Positions 9,562-19,808 of a DNA stretch of 64,000 nt are shown piece by piece; the stretch's first letter is position 1, and each line of letters begins with the position of its first letter. The notes under the pieces were generated by a model, which was not told where the DNA came from, searched no databases, and was given only the letters and a program-made list of their open reading frames with translations. The position numbers and the translations under genes were made by a program. Source of the stretch: Spirochaetia bacterium (GTDB lineage: Bacteria > Spirochaetota > Spirochaetia > CADAEX01); assembly GCA_963662795.1 (NCBI GenBank), contig OY759746.1:2560001-2624000 (forward strand). The letters are read 5' to 3'.

Positions 9562-10263
9562 TCACCCAAAACCCGTGTTTTTCAATATCAGTACAAGGGC
9601 AGGTCTGTTTTTTATTATCAGATTTCGCCCCTGCTGCTTAATTATTTTTTCTTTTGACAGCCCTGAAAAAACCCTCGACAGGGAAGGCCGTGTTACACCG
9701 AATATTTCTGCAATTACTTCTTTTGTATAGGGGAGGATTACAGTATCTGATTTCTGCTTTTCAGAAAGATCAAGGATATATCCTGCAGTTTTCTGCTTTA
9801 AACTGGAAAATTTTAAAAGACTGATTTTTTCAGCAAGTAAATTTATTTTATCTCCCGCATCCCTGAGATAGTTTCGCAGAATGATTTCAGAATTTCTGAA
9901 TAGTTTCATTATTGCTTCAATCGGAATAATGAGCAGTTTTGCGTTGCTGCCGGGAGATACTGTAAGAGTAACGGGAATTGAGGGGTCTGAAGCAAATATT
10001 ATTGCAGAAGCTGCAATTGAAGAACTTTTAAGTTTTTCAATTTTTATTGTTTTTCCGCTTATGTCGTTAATTTCAGTATCAAGCTCGCCCCTGAGCACAA
10101 TAATCAGACTTTCGTATTTATCTCCCCGTACTTTTACAATTGCATTTTCTTCGTACTGCTTAATTATATATGGGATGGTAAGGAAAAGCAGTTTAATTTC
10201 CGCAAGTTTTACAGATTTAAACAAAGAGCACTTTGAAATCGCAAGAAGTTCCTGGTCAGTCAT
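9562..10263 (-). CDS. Crp/Fnr family transcriptional regulator (HcpR-like)
   Basis: cNMP-binding-like N-domain and HTH IAEIFGVTRPSLSR. Confidence 0.88.
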   Translation of the reverse strand: MTDQELLAISKCSLFKSVKLAEIKLLFLTIPYIIKQYEENAIVKVRGDKYESLIIVLRGELDTEINDISGKTIKIEKLKSSSIAASAIIFASDPSIPVTLTVSPGSNAKLLIIPIEAIMKLFRNSEIILRNYLRDAGDKINLLAEKISLLKFSSLKQKTAGYILDLSEKQKSDTVILPYTKEVIAEIFGVTRPSLSRVFSGLSKEKIIKQQGRNLIIKNRPALVLILKNTGFG

Positions 10264-10377
10264 GATTGTATGTCTATTATAGGACAGCCTGCGTTATTGT
10301 GTAAAGAATAAATGCTGTTTGAAATGGAGGGTGACACCGCAGAAAACAACTTCATGAACAACCTGCAGAATAAACAT

Positions 10378-10413
10378 AAAAAAAAGCTGTCCGCATTAAA
10401 GGCAGACAGCTTT
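10378..10413 (-). terminator. Intrinsic terminator of hppA
   Basis: AAAGCTGTC/GACAGCTTT stem with a U tract on the minus strand. Confidence 0.7.
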
Positions 10414-10448
10414 GAAAATATTCAGATAAGAAAAAGGTTGATGATCTC

Positions 10449-12518
10449 TTAACCCCAGAAGTTTTTAAGCATTGGAGCTATAACAAGAGAGACTACAGCC
10501 ATAAGTTTGATAAGTATGTTGAGCGATGGTCCTGACGTATCCTTGAAGGGATCCCCGACTGTATCGCCTACAACAGCTGCTTTATGGGCCGGTGACCCCT
10601 TCCCGCCGCTTGCTCCTGCCTCGATCATTTTCTTTGCGTTGTCCCATGCTCCGCCTGTGTTTGACATGAAAATTGCAAGTACAACACCCGAAGCTGTAAC
10701 ACCTGTCAATAAGCCTGCAAGCATTTCAATTCCGCCGGTAAACCCGATTATTACGGGAGTAGATATTGCTATAATACCGGGGAGCATCATTTTTTTGAGA
10801 GCTGAAGCTGTGCTTATATCAACGCATTTTTTATAATCAGGAAGATCAGTATTTTGCATAATACCAGGTTTTTCCTTGAACTGCCTTCTAACCTCTTCAA
10901 TCATTGCAAAAGCGGCTTTTCCGACTGCAGTCATGGAAAGAGATGAAAAAAGATACGGGATTACGGCACCGAGAAGAATGCCGGCAATTACTTTTACATT
11001 AGTAAGATCAATTTCTCCTACCCCTGTAGTTGCCTTGAATGCTGTAAAGAGAATGATTGCGGTAAGTGCGGCTGAACCGATGGCAAAGCCTTTTCCAATT
11101 GCCGCTGTTGTGTTGCCGACTGAGTCAAGTTTGTCTGTAATTTTCCTTACACCTTCCGGAAAGTGCGCCATTTCCGCCATACCCCCTGCGTTATCGGCAA
11201 TCGGGCCATAGGCATCGACAGCCAGCTGGATGCCGAGCGTTAAAAGCATTCCGAGTGCCGCAATAGCAACACCGTAAAGCCCGGAAAGATAAAAACTCGA
11301 AAGTATAGCGCTTATAATAACAACAATGGCAGGGAAGGTTGAAAGCATACCTACTCCCATTCCTGTGATAATAGTTGTAGCAGCTCCGGTTTCGCAGGAT
11401 TCGACTATGGTTAAAACAGGTTTTTTATCTGTCCCTGTATAATATTCAGTAAGCATACCAATTGCTACACCGGCTGCAAGACCGATTACAGATGATAAAA
11501 ATACCTGAAAAGGGCCGACCCCGTTGTTGAAAGTTTCGCCGCCGAATACAAAAAGGCAGAGAGGGTATGTAAGAATTGCCGCGAGTATTGCCGCACCGAA
11601 CGAACCTGAATTAAGGGCTTTCTGGGGGTCGGAATCAGGTTTTGCCTTTACCATGAATATTCCGATAAGCGAAGCCGCTATTCCGACTACGCAAAGCAGC
11701 AATGGGAGAGCAATAAGTTTCAGCCGCATTGTATCTGAACCGATCATGGATGCGCCGAGGATCATGCAGCCTACTATGGAGCCGACATAGGATTCAAACA
11801 AATCCGCACCCATTCCGGCAACATCGCCTACATTATCTCCTACGTTATCAGCAATTACAGCAGGATTCCTTGGATCATCCTCAGGTATTCCTGCTTCAAC
11901 CTTACCGACAAGGTCTGCTCCAACATCAGCAGCTTTAGTGAATATTCCCCCTCCGACCCTTGCAAAAAGGGCAATTGAAGAGGCTCCAAGTGAAAAACCG
12001 GAAAGAACAGGGAGTATGGTTTCTGAAAACAGCGCTATAGAGTCTCCAAGGAAATTAATTGATCCGAGAAGCACCACAAAGATACCAAACAGTGCAAGAC
12101 CGACAACGCTCATCCCCATAACAGAACCGCCGGCAAATGCTATTTTAAGCGCCTCTGTAAGCCCGGAATCAGCCGCAGCGGTAGTAGTTCTTGCATTGGC
12201 AGCAGTCGCAACTTTCATCCCGATAAAACCTGCAAGTGCTGAGCATGCAGCGCCGATTAGAAAAGCAACTGCCTGAAGCTTGATGTAACCCTGGTTTGCT
12301 ATAATAAGGAAAGCGCTGACAACCAGGACAAAAGGGATTAAAGTCTTGTATTCCCGTGAAAGAAAAGCCATTGCGCCGTCAGCGACGAAACCGTTGATCT
12401 GCTTAAGCTTTTCATTTTCTATCGGCTTTTTAAATATCCATTTTGTTCTTAACAAGGCATAGAGCAATGCAACAAGACTTCCTGCAATTGTTGCATAAAG
12501 CGCAAATTCTATTTTCAT
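10449..12518 (-). CDS. hppA: Membrane-bound pyrophosphatase, K+-dependent, probably Na+-translocating
   Basis: [34 protein letters not shown]; GNTTAA (Ala indicates K+ dependence) and DLFESY. Likely start ATG 12518. Confidence 0.95.
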   Translation of the reverse strand: MKIEFALYATIAGSLVALLYALLRTKWIFKKPIENEKLKQINGFVADGAMAFLSREYKTLIPFVLVVSAFLIIANQGYIKLQAVAFLIGAACSALAGFIGMKVATAANARTTTAAADSGLTEALKIAFAGGSVMGMSVVGLALFGIFVVLLGSINFLGDSIALFSETILPVLSGFSLGASSIALFARVGGGIFTKAADVGADLVGKVEAGIPEDDPRNPAVIADNVGDNVGDVAGMGADLFESYVGSIVGCMILGASMIGSDTMRLKLIALPLLLCVVGIAASLIGIFMVKAKPDSDPQKALNSGSFGAAILAAILTYPLCLFVFGGETFNNGVGPFQVFLSSVIGLAAGVAIGMLTEYYTGTDKKPVLTIVESCETGAATTIITGMGVGMLSTFPAIVVIISAILSSFYLSGLYGVAIAALGMLLTLGIQLAVDAYGPIADNAGGMAEMAHFPEGVRKITDKLDSVGNTTAAIGKGFAIGSAALTAIILFTAFKATTGVGEIDLTNVKVIAGILLGAVIPYLFSSLSMTAVGKAAFAMIEEVRRQFKEKPGIMQNTDLPDYKKCVDISTASALKKMMLPGIIAISTPVIIGFTGGIEMLAGLLTGVTASGVVLAIFMSNTGGAWDNAKKMIEAGASGGKGSPAHKAAVVGDTVGDPFKDTSGPSLNILIKLMAVVSLVIAPMLKNFWG

Positions 12519-12782
12519 AAACCTACCCTTCTTTTTTTGTTTGATTTTTAAACACATTCTCACTGAGGGTGTGTAAAATTAAATACAGATATTATACAGA
12601 ATTGGATAATTTATCAATATGTAAAAATAAAAATAGCGAAAATGAATGAGAAAAACTAATTGATATTTCATTATTATTGCAATTTTTTTATTTATTCTTT
12701 TTCTGTTCTGAATTAAAGATATCATACTTACTTGACCGGCCAGTCATATTGAGGTTTAATTTAATATAACTATTGGAGGTGT

Positions 12783-14090
12783 TTGAATATGATCTGGAAT
12801 CCGGACGCAGAAAGCGCAGAATTGAAAACCATGCGGCAGCATCAACTTGAAAGCCTTAGAAAGCTGGTTGACCTTGTTTATAGCAGGGTCCCGTTTTATA
12901 AAAAGAAATTTGATGATGCGGGAGTAAAGCCGGATGATATTAAAAATCTGGCTGATATTCAAAAACTCCCGTTTACTTCGAAATCCGACTTAAGGGAAAC
13001 TTATCCTTACGGTCTTGTTTCAGCTCCGATGGAGGAAATTGTTGAAGTGCACGCCTCCTCCGGAACAACCGGAACGCCTGTCGTGGATGCCTATACTGAA
13101 AATGATATCAATATCTGGTCTGATTCAATGGCGAGAACACTCTCGATGGCCGGTACTACGCATAAAGATATTGTCCAAAATGCATACGGATATGGACTTT
13201 TCACAGGAGGACTCGGCGTTCACTACGGGACCAGAAGGATTGGCGCTCATATAATTCCAATATCAGCGGGAAATACACAGAGGCAGATTGCTGTCATGAG
13301 AGATTTCGGCTCATCAATTTTAACCTGTACTCCTTCGTATTCGCTTTATCTTGCAGAAGCAGCCAAAGAAATGGGTATAGATTTCAGAAAGCTGAAACTC
13401 AAAGCCGGATGTTTCGGAGCTGAGCCCTGGAGCGATAATATGAGGAATGAAATTGAGGAGAAACTTAACCTGAGCGCCCATGATATTTACGGGTTAACAG
13501 AGATTATAGGCCCCGGCGTTGCTTCAGAATGTGAGGCAAAAAACGGCCTTCACATAAATGAGGATTATTTTTATCCCGAGGTAATAAATTCCGAAACCGG
13601 TGAAGTCCTTCCTGAAGGAGAGAAGGGGGAGCTTGTTTTTACAACGCTTACCAGAACCGGTACTCCTCTTATCAGGTACAGAACCCGTGATATAACATAT
13701 CTTTTCAGGGAAAAATGCAGTTGCGGGAGGACGCTTGTAAAAATGCACAGGCTGTTCGGCAGAAATGATGACATGATGATTATCCGCGGTGTAAATGTAT
13801 TTCCATCCCAGATTGAAGATGTTCTTGTCAGGATTGAAGGGACAGAACCTCATTATCAGATTATACTCAGCAGGGGAGATACCCATCTTGATGAGATTGA
13901 AATTCAGGTTGAGGTTGAGGAAAACTTTTTCTCGGATGAAACAAGAAAAATGGAAGAGCTTAGAAATAAAATATCTGAAACTGTAAAGTCAAAACTTGGA
14001 ATAGGTGCTATAATTAAACTTGTTGAACCAAAAACAATTGCCCGCAGCGAAGGCAAGGCAAAAAGAGTTATCGATAAAAGGATAATATAG
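12783..14090 (+). CDS. paaK: Phenylacetate-CoA ligase family
   Basis: [30 protein letters not shown]. Start may be ATG 12789. Confidence 0.92.
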   Translation: MNMIWNPDAESAELKTMRQHQLESLRKLVDLVYSRVPFYKKKFDDAGVKPDDIKNLADIQKLPFTSKSDLRETYPYGLVSAPMEEIVEVHASSGTTGTPVVDAYTENDINIWSDSMARTLSMAGTTHKDIVQNAYGYGLFTGGLGVHYGTRRIGAHIIPISAGNTQRQIAVMRDFGSSILTCTPSYSLYLAEAAKEMGIDFRKLKLKAGCFGAEPWSDNMRNEIEEKLNLSAHDIYGLTEIIGPGVASECEAKNGLHINEDYFYPEVINSETGEVLPEGEKGELVFTTLTRTGTPLIRYRTRDITYLFREKCSCGRTLVKMHRLFGRNDDMMIIRGVNVFPSQIEDVLVRIEGTEPHYQIILSRGDTHLDEIEIQVEVEENFFSDETRKMEELRNKISETVKSKLGIGAIIKLVEPKTIARSEGKAKRVIDKRII

Positions 14091-14103
14091 AGAGGAGTTT
14101 GCT

Positions 14104-14526
14104 ATGACAATTAACCAGATTTCAGTTTTTCTTGAAAACAAATCAGGCAGGCTTGCCGATGTTACCAAAGTTCTGGCAGACGGTCAGATTAATATAAGAG
14201 CAATGACAATTGCCGATACTGCTGATTTTGGAATTTTGAGGCTTATTGTAAGCGAACCTGATAAAGCCAGTGATATTCTTGAAAAACACGGTTTTACAGT
14301 CAGGATCACAAAAGTGCTTGGAATTGAAATAGATGACAAACCTGGAGGGCTTCATAAAATTATGGAGATATTCAAGGATAACGGCGTCAATATTGAATAT
14401 CTTTATGCTTCACTTGAAAATAAAAACAGTAAGGCTGTTGTAATTTTCAAGGTAGAAGATATTGAACTTGGACTTGAAATTGTTCAAAGGAACTCTCTTG
14501 TTGCAATATCCGGGAAAAGTCTCTAA
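14104..14526 (+). CDS. Double ACT domain protein (paaK-associated)
   Basis: QISVFLENKSGRL...DKPGGL...NIEYLYA. Confidence 0.9.
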   Translation: MTINQISVFLENKSGRLADVTKVLADGQINIRAMTIADTADFGILRLIVSEPDKASDILEKHGFTVRITKVLGIEIDDKPGGLHKIMEIFKDNGVNIEYLYASLENKNSKAVVIFKVEDIELGLEIVQRNSLVAISGKSL

Positions 14527-15727
14527 ATATAATATATTATTAAAAATACTGATTCTGATGTTTTCCGTATCCGCTTTACTTGTCTCATGCTCTGATGACA
14601 GGGAAGCAGATTATAATTTTGAGAGTACACCGGATGAACTTCAGGCGCCTCTGCCGGCTTCGGCAGGAGCCCCGGGCGAGGCAGAGGCAGGGTTTGCATT
14701 CGGGGACGGGACCTTAAGCCTTAAATCAATGGGTGAAGCACCCGCTGCAGTAATGATGAAAGAAGCACCTGCTGCATCAGCCCGGCAGCAGGAAACGGAA
14801 AATACAGCAGAGAGGAAAAAAACATATACAGGCGGATGTACAATTCAAAGCGCCTCTGCTGCTGAAACCATTCTTGAAGCCGGAAAAATAGCTGAAAATT
14901 ACGGCGGATGGATCGAATCATCGTCTGCGTCTCATGCTGCAGTAAGAGTGCCGGCGGCGAATTTCAGAAAAGCTTTCAATTCTCTTTTACAGCTTGGCAA
15001 TGTAATTGATAAATATGAGGAAGCTGCCGATGTTACTGAGCAATACACAGATCTTGAAACAAGGCTCGGTGTTCTCCTGGGGGCAAGAAAGCGGCTTGAA
15101 AATCTTCTTTTTACAGTAAATGAAACAGAGAAAAAGGTACCGATTCTCCGTGAACTGAAAAGAATTGACGACCAGATTGAGCGGCTGAAAGCAGAACTCA
15201 AAACGCTTGATGAAGCTGTAAGCTACGCTGTAATAATTTTAAATATAGTGCCGTATAACTACGATAATGCGTCAGTTCCGGCTGGAATGTTCCCCTGGAT
15301 CGGGCATCTTGATCCATTTTCTGTTTCAATAAAGCAGTTGTTCAGGAAGATCTCAGTCCCTCTGCCTGAAGAGTTCGCATTGCTGCGGGGACAGGGATTC
15401 AGATATTTTCATGCGGAATCATCTGATGGAACAGTTCTCCGCATAGGCACAATTGACAATGATCCTGAAGGCAGCAGCAGTTTCTGGCAGAAGGCGATCG
15501 CCCATGGAATAAGCAGTAGATTCTCCGATTCTGAGGAAGGTGAATCGGGAAACATGAAATATGTTGTTTTTAAAGGAAAAAGGTCATCCACTTACAGTTA
15601 CATCGCAGGAACAATTATCAGGCGTAAACTTTTATACGTTGCTGAAATTTATTTCCCCAATCCGGAAAGTTATGATAAATGGAAAGAAAGTTTAACAGAG
15701 TCACTCGGGAGGATGGAAATCAGATGA
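14462..15727 (+). CDS. DUF4349-domain lipoprotein with C-terminal PsbP-like domain
   Basis: Lipobox LVSC; VRVPA...DVTEQYTDLETRL coiled coil. True start uncertain (TTG near 14498 possible). Confidence 0.75.
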   Translation: MNLDLKLFKGTLLLQYPGKVSKYNILLKILILMFSVSALLVSCSDDREADYNFESTPDELQAPLPASAGAPGEAEAGFAFGDGTLSLKSMGEAPAAVMMKEAPAASARQQETENTAERKKTYTGGCTIQSASAAETILEAGKIAENYGGWIESSSASHAAVRVPAANFRKAFNSLLQLGNVIDKYEEAADVTEQYTDLETRLGVLLGARKRLENLLFTVNETEKKVPILRELKRIDDQIERLKAELKTLDEAVSYAVIILNIVPYNYDNASVPAGMFPWIGHLDPFSVSIKQLFRKISVPLPEEFALLRGQGFRYFHAESSDGTVLRIGTIDNDPEGSSSFWQKAIAHGISSRFSDSEEGESGNMKYVVFKGKRSSTYSYIAGTIIRRKLLYVAEIYFPNPESYDKWKESLTESLGRMEIR

Positions 15728-16359
15728 GACTCAATGGCCCGCTTGATAAAATATTCTTCCGTTTTATTGTTTTGGTAATTATCCTGACTGCCGATCTGCT
15801 TTCTGCATCGGAAATTGAAAATAAAAAACTGACCTTTTACATATCTTCCAGCCTGGCTGTTTCAAATCCGCAGGAGAGCGGAGATGAAATAGCTGCTTTC
15901 TGTGAAGCCGGAGGCGGATATTATACCAGAAAATCAGATTATGGCGTATCACTTCGATATCCTCATTCCTGCAAAGACATGATGGAAAAAATGATAAGAA
16001 AATCAGGAATTGTTTTGTCCTGGAACGTCAGCACACAGGATGCCGGAACCGAATATAATGTTCTGGTTAATCAGCTCAAGTCGCGGGAAAAACTTTTATC
16101 TGAATATATGAGACTTATTGAGTCATCCGGATTTTCAGGCACGCTGTCACTTGAAAGAGAGCTTACTTCTCTTGTGACCGAAATGGAAAGTCTTAAAGGG
16201 AGGATCAGAAAAATGGAACATGATTTTGCCTATATCTATCTTGATCTCGATTTTTCATCAGAAGATAATCCTGAACCGGAAAAAAAAGAATCTTCTTTCC
16301 CATGGATAAACAGGATTGACTTTTATGATTTCGCAGGCAGCGGGTACTATGATGAATAA
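15724..16359 (+). CDS. DUF4349-domain exported protein
   Basis: ATGA overlap with the upstream stop; signal peptide; GGY...LRYP...D...Y..L...LKSRE..L...LERELT...E..KG. Confidence 0.75.
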   Translation: MRLNGPLDKIFFRFIVLVIILTADLLSASEIENKKLTFYISSSLAVSNPQESGDEIAAFCEAGGGYYTRKSDYGVSLRYPHSCKDMMEKMIRKSGIVLSWNVSTQDAGTEYNVLVNQLKSREKLLSEYMRLIESSGFSGTLSLERELTSLVTEMESLKGRIRKMEHDFAYIYLDLDFSSEDNPEPEKKESSFPWINRIDFYDFAGSGYYDE

Positions 16360-16828
16360 AAATACTGCCCTGCTGATGAAAATTGCAAAATTGGCGCTTC
16401 CGGCCCTGATAGGAGCAGTGCTGCTTTCCGGCTGCCGTCCCTTTTTAGCTGAAATTCCTGATGGTTTTGCCGCCTCAGGTAATCATGCCCGCCTGATAAT
16501 ATATTCACCTGATGGATTTAAGGCAGAGATTAAAACAGAGAAAAATTCTCCCCGTAAAAAAATATCATTCTGGGCGGAAGCTCTTAAAACACAGCTTGTC
16601 AGTGAAGGTTACCCGCTGATTGACGAACGGCCGTTTTCATCTGTTAATCTTGACGGCATTGCTTTTACGTGGCTTATGCCTCTTGGAAACAGTTATTATA
16701 AATATCTGACAGCTGTATCTGTTAAAGGTAAAACCATCTACATAATTGAAGCTTCTGCTGAAAAAGAACTTTTCGATAAATATGAAAATGAAATTGGAAT
16801 TATAATATCATCCGTCTCTGCGCGGTAA
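16349..16828 (+). CDS. Hypothetical lipoprotein (PsbP-like fold inferred)
   Basis: Lipobox LSGC; resembles the C-terminal domain of the 14462-15727 protein. Confidence 0.7.
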   Translation: MMNKNTALLMKIAKLALPALIGAVLLSGCRPFLAEIPDGFAASGNHARLIIYSPDGFKAEIKTEKNSPRKKISFWAEALKTQLVSEGYPLIDERPFSSVNLDGIAFTWLMPLGNSYYKYLTAVSVKGKTIYIIEASAEKELFDKYENEIGIIISSVSAR

Positions 16829-16876
16829 ATTGGGGCAGTACAGCCATACCGGCGGGAAAAATTATGGAGTGGAAAA

Positions 16877-18298
16877 ATGAGTAATGAATCAAAAAATAAT
16901 GAACAGAAAACTCCTGACCCTAAAGACAGAAAAGTTTTCGTAGTTGATACAAATGTTTTTATCCACAAAAGTGATGCTATCCTTTCCTTCCGGGATTCTG
17001 ATGTTATTATTCCGCTTTCCGTACTTGAGGAACTGGATAAGCTTAAATCCTTCAGTGATGAAAGGGGAAGAAACGCAAGGCACGCGGTAAGGCTTCTCGA
17101 TTCCATAAGTAAACACGGGGACCTCAACAAAGGTATCAAGATAGATAACGGCGTAGTTATCAAGGTTTTTGTTGATGAGCCGGAGAATTTTCCTTCAAGC
17201 CTGATTCGGGAAAAGCCTGATAATAAAATAATTTTGACAGCATTGGCCCTTCACCGTGAAAGGGAAAAGGTTTTTTTTGTATCAAAGGATATTAATGCGA
17301 GAGTCAAGGCAGGGGCGCTTGGATTAAAAGCAGTCGATTACGAAAAACAAACAATCAATATTAAGGATTTTTATTCAGGAATTAAGGCATATCCCCGGGA
17401 GATGTTTCCGGAAAATTCAATAGCCTATGAATATGTCAATAAAACAAATGAAACTGAAAAAACTGAATTGGGGTTTGAATGTATGCCGGGAGCGGACTGT
17501 ATTGCTGTTGCTCCCTGGCCTGAAAAACTTATTAACAATCAGTATGTTGTTTTCGGAACAGCAGACAAAGACCAGCTTTTCGGCCGCTTCAGGGAAGGAG
17601 AAAACGGGGCCGGAAGCATAGAAATTATCAAACCTGTGGATACGCCGGTATCCGCGATAAACCCTTTAAATGAAAGACAGCAGATTGCTTTTGATATGCT
17701 TCTTAATGATGAATTTTCTCTTGTAACTCTTGTCGGAAAAGCAGGAACGGGAAAAACATTGCTTGCACTTGCCGCCGGACTCCATAAAGTTATCAGGGAA
17801 AAAAAATATACAAGGGTTCTTGTAAGTCGTCCTGTAATTCCCATGGGGAAAGACATAGGATATCTTCCTGGCGGCAAAGATGAAAAAATGTCGCACTGGA
17901 TGCAGCCGTTATTTGACAATTTAAGTCAGATAACGGAAGCAATTTCTGATAAACAGGAGCAGAAAAACATAGACGGGATGCTTAAAAACAGGCAGATCGA
18001 AATTGAGGCCCTGACATTTATGAGAGGAAGATCACTTCCGAACCAGTATATAATAATTGATGAAGCGCAGAACTTAAGCCCTCACGAGATAAAGACCATA
18101 GTAAGCAGAGCTGGTGAAAATACAAAGATAGTCCTTACCGGCGATCCTGACCAGATTGACAGCCCCTATCTTGACGCAAGTTCCAACGGGCTTACATATC
18201 TTGTCGAGGCATTTAAAGGGCAGAAACTGTTCGCGCACATTGTTCTTGAAAAGTCAGAGCGAAGCAGACTTTCAGAACTTGCTGCAAAACTTCTTTAA
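16877..18298 (+). CDS. phoH: PhoH2 family protein (PIN RNase + PhoH ATPase)
   Basis: PIN motifs VDTNV, EELD, DN.I, SKD; Walker A GKAGTGKT, RGRSL, DEAQN. Confidence 0.92.
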   Translation: MSNESKNNEQKTPDPKDRKVFVVDTNVFIHKSDAILSFRDSDVIIPLSVLEELDKLKSFSDERGRNARHAVRLLDSISKHGDLNKGIKIDNGVVIKVFVDEPENFPSSLIREKPDNKIILTALALHREREKVFFVSKDINARVKAGALGLKAVDYEKQTINIKDFYSGIKAYPREMFPENSIAYEYVNKTNETEKTELGFECMPGADCIAVAPWPEKLINNQYVVFGTADKDQLFGRFREGENGAGSIEIIKPVDTPVSAINPLNERQQIAFDMLLNDEFSLVTLVGKAGTGKTLLALAAGLHKVIREKKYTRVLVSRPVIPMGKDIGYLPGGKDEKMSHWMQPLFDNLSQITEAISDKQEQKNIDGMLKNRQIEIEALTFMRGRSLPNQYIIIDEAQNLSPHEIKTIVSRAGENTKIVLTGDPDQIDSPYLDASSNGLTYLVEAFKGQKLFAHIVLEKSERSRLSELAAKLL

Positions 18299-18313
18299 AA
18301 AGGTAAATACAAC

Positions 18314-19519
18314 ATGATAATAAAAAAATATTGCGGTATTCATACTGCTGTGAATTTTATACATAAAATTCATTTTTTGATTATTCTTGCGGCGATTATT
18401 ATTTTTTCCGGCACTTTGTCCGGCTGCAATGCAGGAAAAAAAAACCAGCCGGTTACCGAAAGCAGGTTTCTGCTTGGAACACTTGTAGACCTTACTGTCT
18501 ATGAAGGGGAAAACGGTACAGTATTCCGCAAAGCTTTTAATCTGATTTCTGAATATGAAAATATGCTTAGCCGCAATATTGAAACAAGTGAAATATCCCT
18601 GATAAATAAAAATGCTGGAAAGTTTCCGGCATCAGTATCTGAAGATACGTTATATGCAATTAAAAAAGGCCTTGAATATTCGGTTCTGACTGAAGGGCTT
18701 TTTGATATATCCATTGGACCCCTTGTCACTTTGTGGGGAATAGGAACCGAATCTGCAAGGTTGCCTACAGACCCTGAAATAAAAAAGGCTGTTGAATTGA
18801 CTGATTATAAAAAAATATTTATTACAGCGGATAAAATTAAAAGTCCCGGGTTCCAGGCAGACAGTCAATCGGCAGAGGTTAAGACAACTGAAGGTGGATT
18901 GGATGACAGCCGGACAAATAATGCGATAACGGCAGGCGATGCAGTTCCTGCCGGTGAAAGTGTATTTCTCGGAAAAGAAGGGATGGCAATTGATCTCGGA
19001 GCTGTTGCAAAAGGATTTATTGCGGATAAGGTGCTTGAATTGTTTGAAGCCAATGGTGTAAAAAGCGCTATCATAAATCTGGGCGGCAATGTTCTGCTGT
19101 TTGGCAGCAAACCCGGGGGGATTCCTTTTAAAATAGGTATACAGAATCCTTTTGATGTACGCGGCAGTTATCTTGGAATAATCAAGGCTTCAGATATTTC
19201 AATCGTGACATCTGGAATATATGAGCGGTATTTCGAGGCTGATGGTAAAAAATATCATCACATCCTGAATCCAAAAACCGGATATCCGGTAGAAAATGAT
19301 ATTATGGGAATATCTGTAATAACCGGAAAATCAATTGACGGTGACTGTCTTTCCACATCTTTATTTATGCTGGGGTCGGTAAAAGCGATTGATCTTGTGG
19401 AAAATCTCGAAAACACAGAAGCTGTAATAATTACGAAAGAGAAAAAAATAATTTTAAGCAGCGGTGCAGAAAAAATGTTTTCCCTTATTGATAATGATTT
19501 TACTGTCAGCGGCAGTTGA
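18314..19519 (+). CDS. apbE: FAD:protein FMN transferase (ApbE/Ftp lipoprotein)
   Basis: Lipobox LSGC; DLGAVAKG, NLGGN, TSGIYER, HHILNPKTGYP. Confidence 0.93.
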   Translation: MIIKKYCGIHTAVNFIHKIHFLIILAAIIIFSGTLSGCNAGKKNQPVTESRFLLGTLVDLTVYEGENGTVFRKAFNLISEYENMLSRNIETSEISLINKNAGKFPASVSEDTLYAIKKGLEYSVLTEGLFDISIGPLVTLWGIGTESARLPTDPEIKKAVELTDYKKIFITADKIKSPGFQADSQSAEVKTTEGGLDDSRTNNAITAGDAVPAGESVFLGKEGMAIDLGAVAKGFIADKVLELFEANGVKSAIINLGGNVLLFGSKPGGIPFKIGIQNPFDVRGSYLGIIKASDISIVTSGIYERYFEADGKKYHHILNPKTGYPVENDIMGISVITGKSIDGDCLSTSLFMLGSVKAIDLVENLENTEAVIITKEKKIILSSGAEKMFSLIDNDFTVSGS

Positions 19520-19568
19520 ACAGATATTTCACATAACGGATAGTATTTAAGAAAACAGACCGTATGGC

Positions 19569-19597
19569 TTGACAAGAAAGTAAGTATGCTATATCTT
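19569..19597 (+). promoter_or_regulatory. Sigma70-type promoter upstream of proXVW
   Basis: TTGACA-17 nt-TATCTT. Confidence 0.6.
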
Positions 19598-19808
19598 TAT
19601 CTTTGTATATTATGTTTTTGTATTGTATTATCGTTTTTGAAAATATTCCCCAATCTCTTTTGAAAATATTAAGAATACTGACATTATACTAACTCATCAT
19701 AAGATTAACTGGTGTAAAAAATTACGCCGGGGATTCCTTTAAATTAATTATTTTGGGAATGGCCGGGGGAATTTTTTCCCTAATTATTTTAAGCATAAAA
19801 GGAGTTAG

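Noticed and set aside
10507-12276. Series of antisense ORFs opposite hppA (similar ones opposite proW, clpA and the RND gene)
   Set aside because: Expected antisense open frames from codon bias; no motifs or RBS.
19600-19800. c-di-AMP (ydaO) riboswitch upstream of proX
   Set aside because: Conserved GCTGAATCC and CAGCTAAC elements not found.
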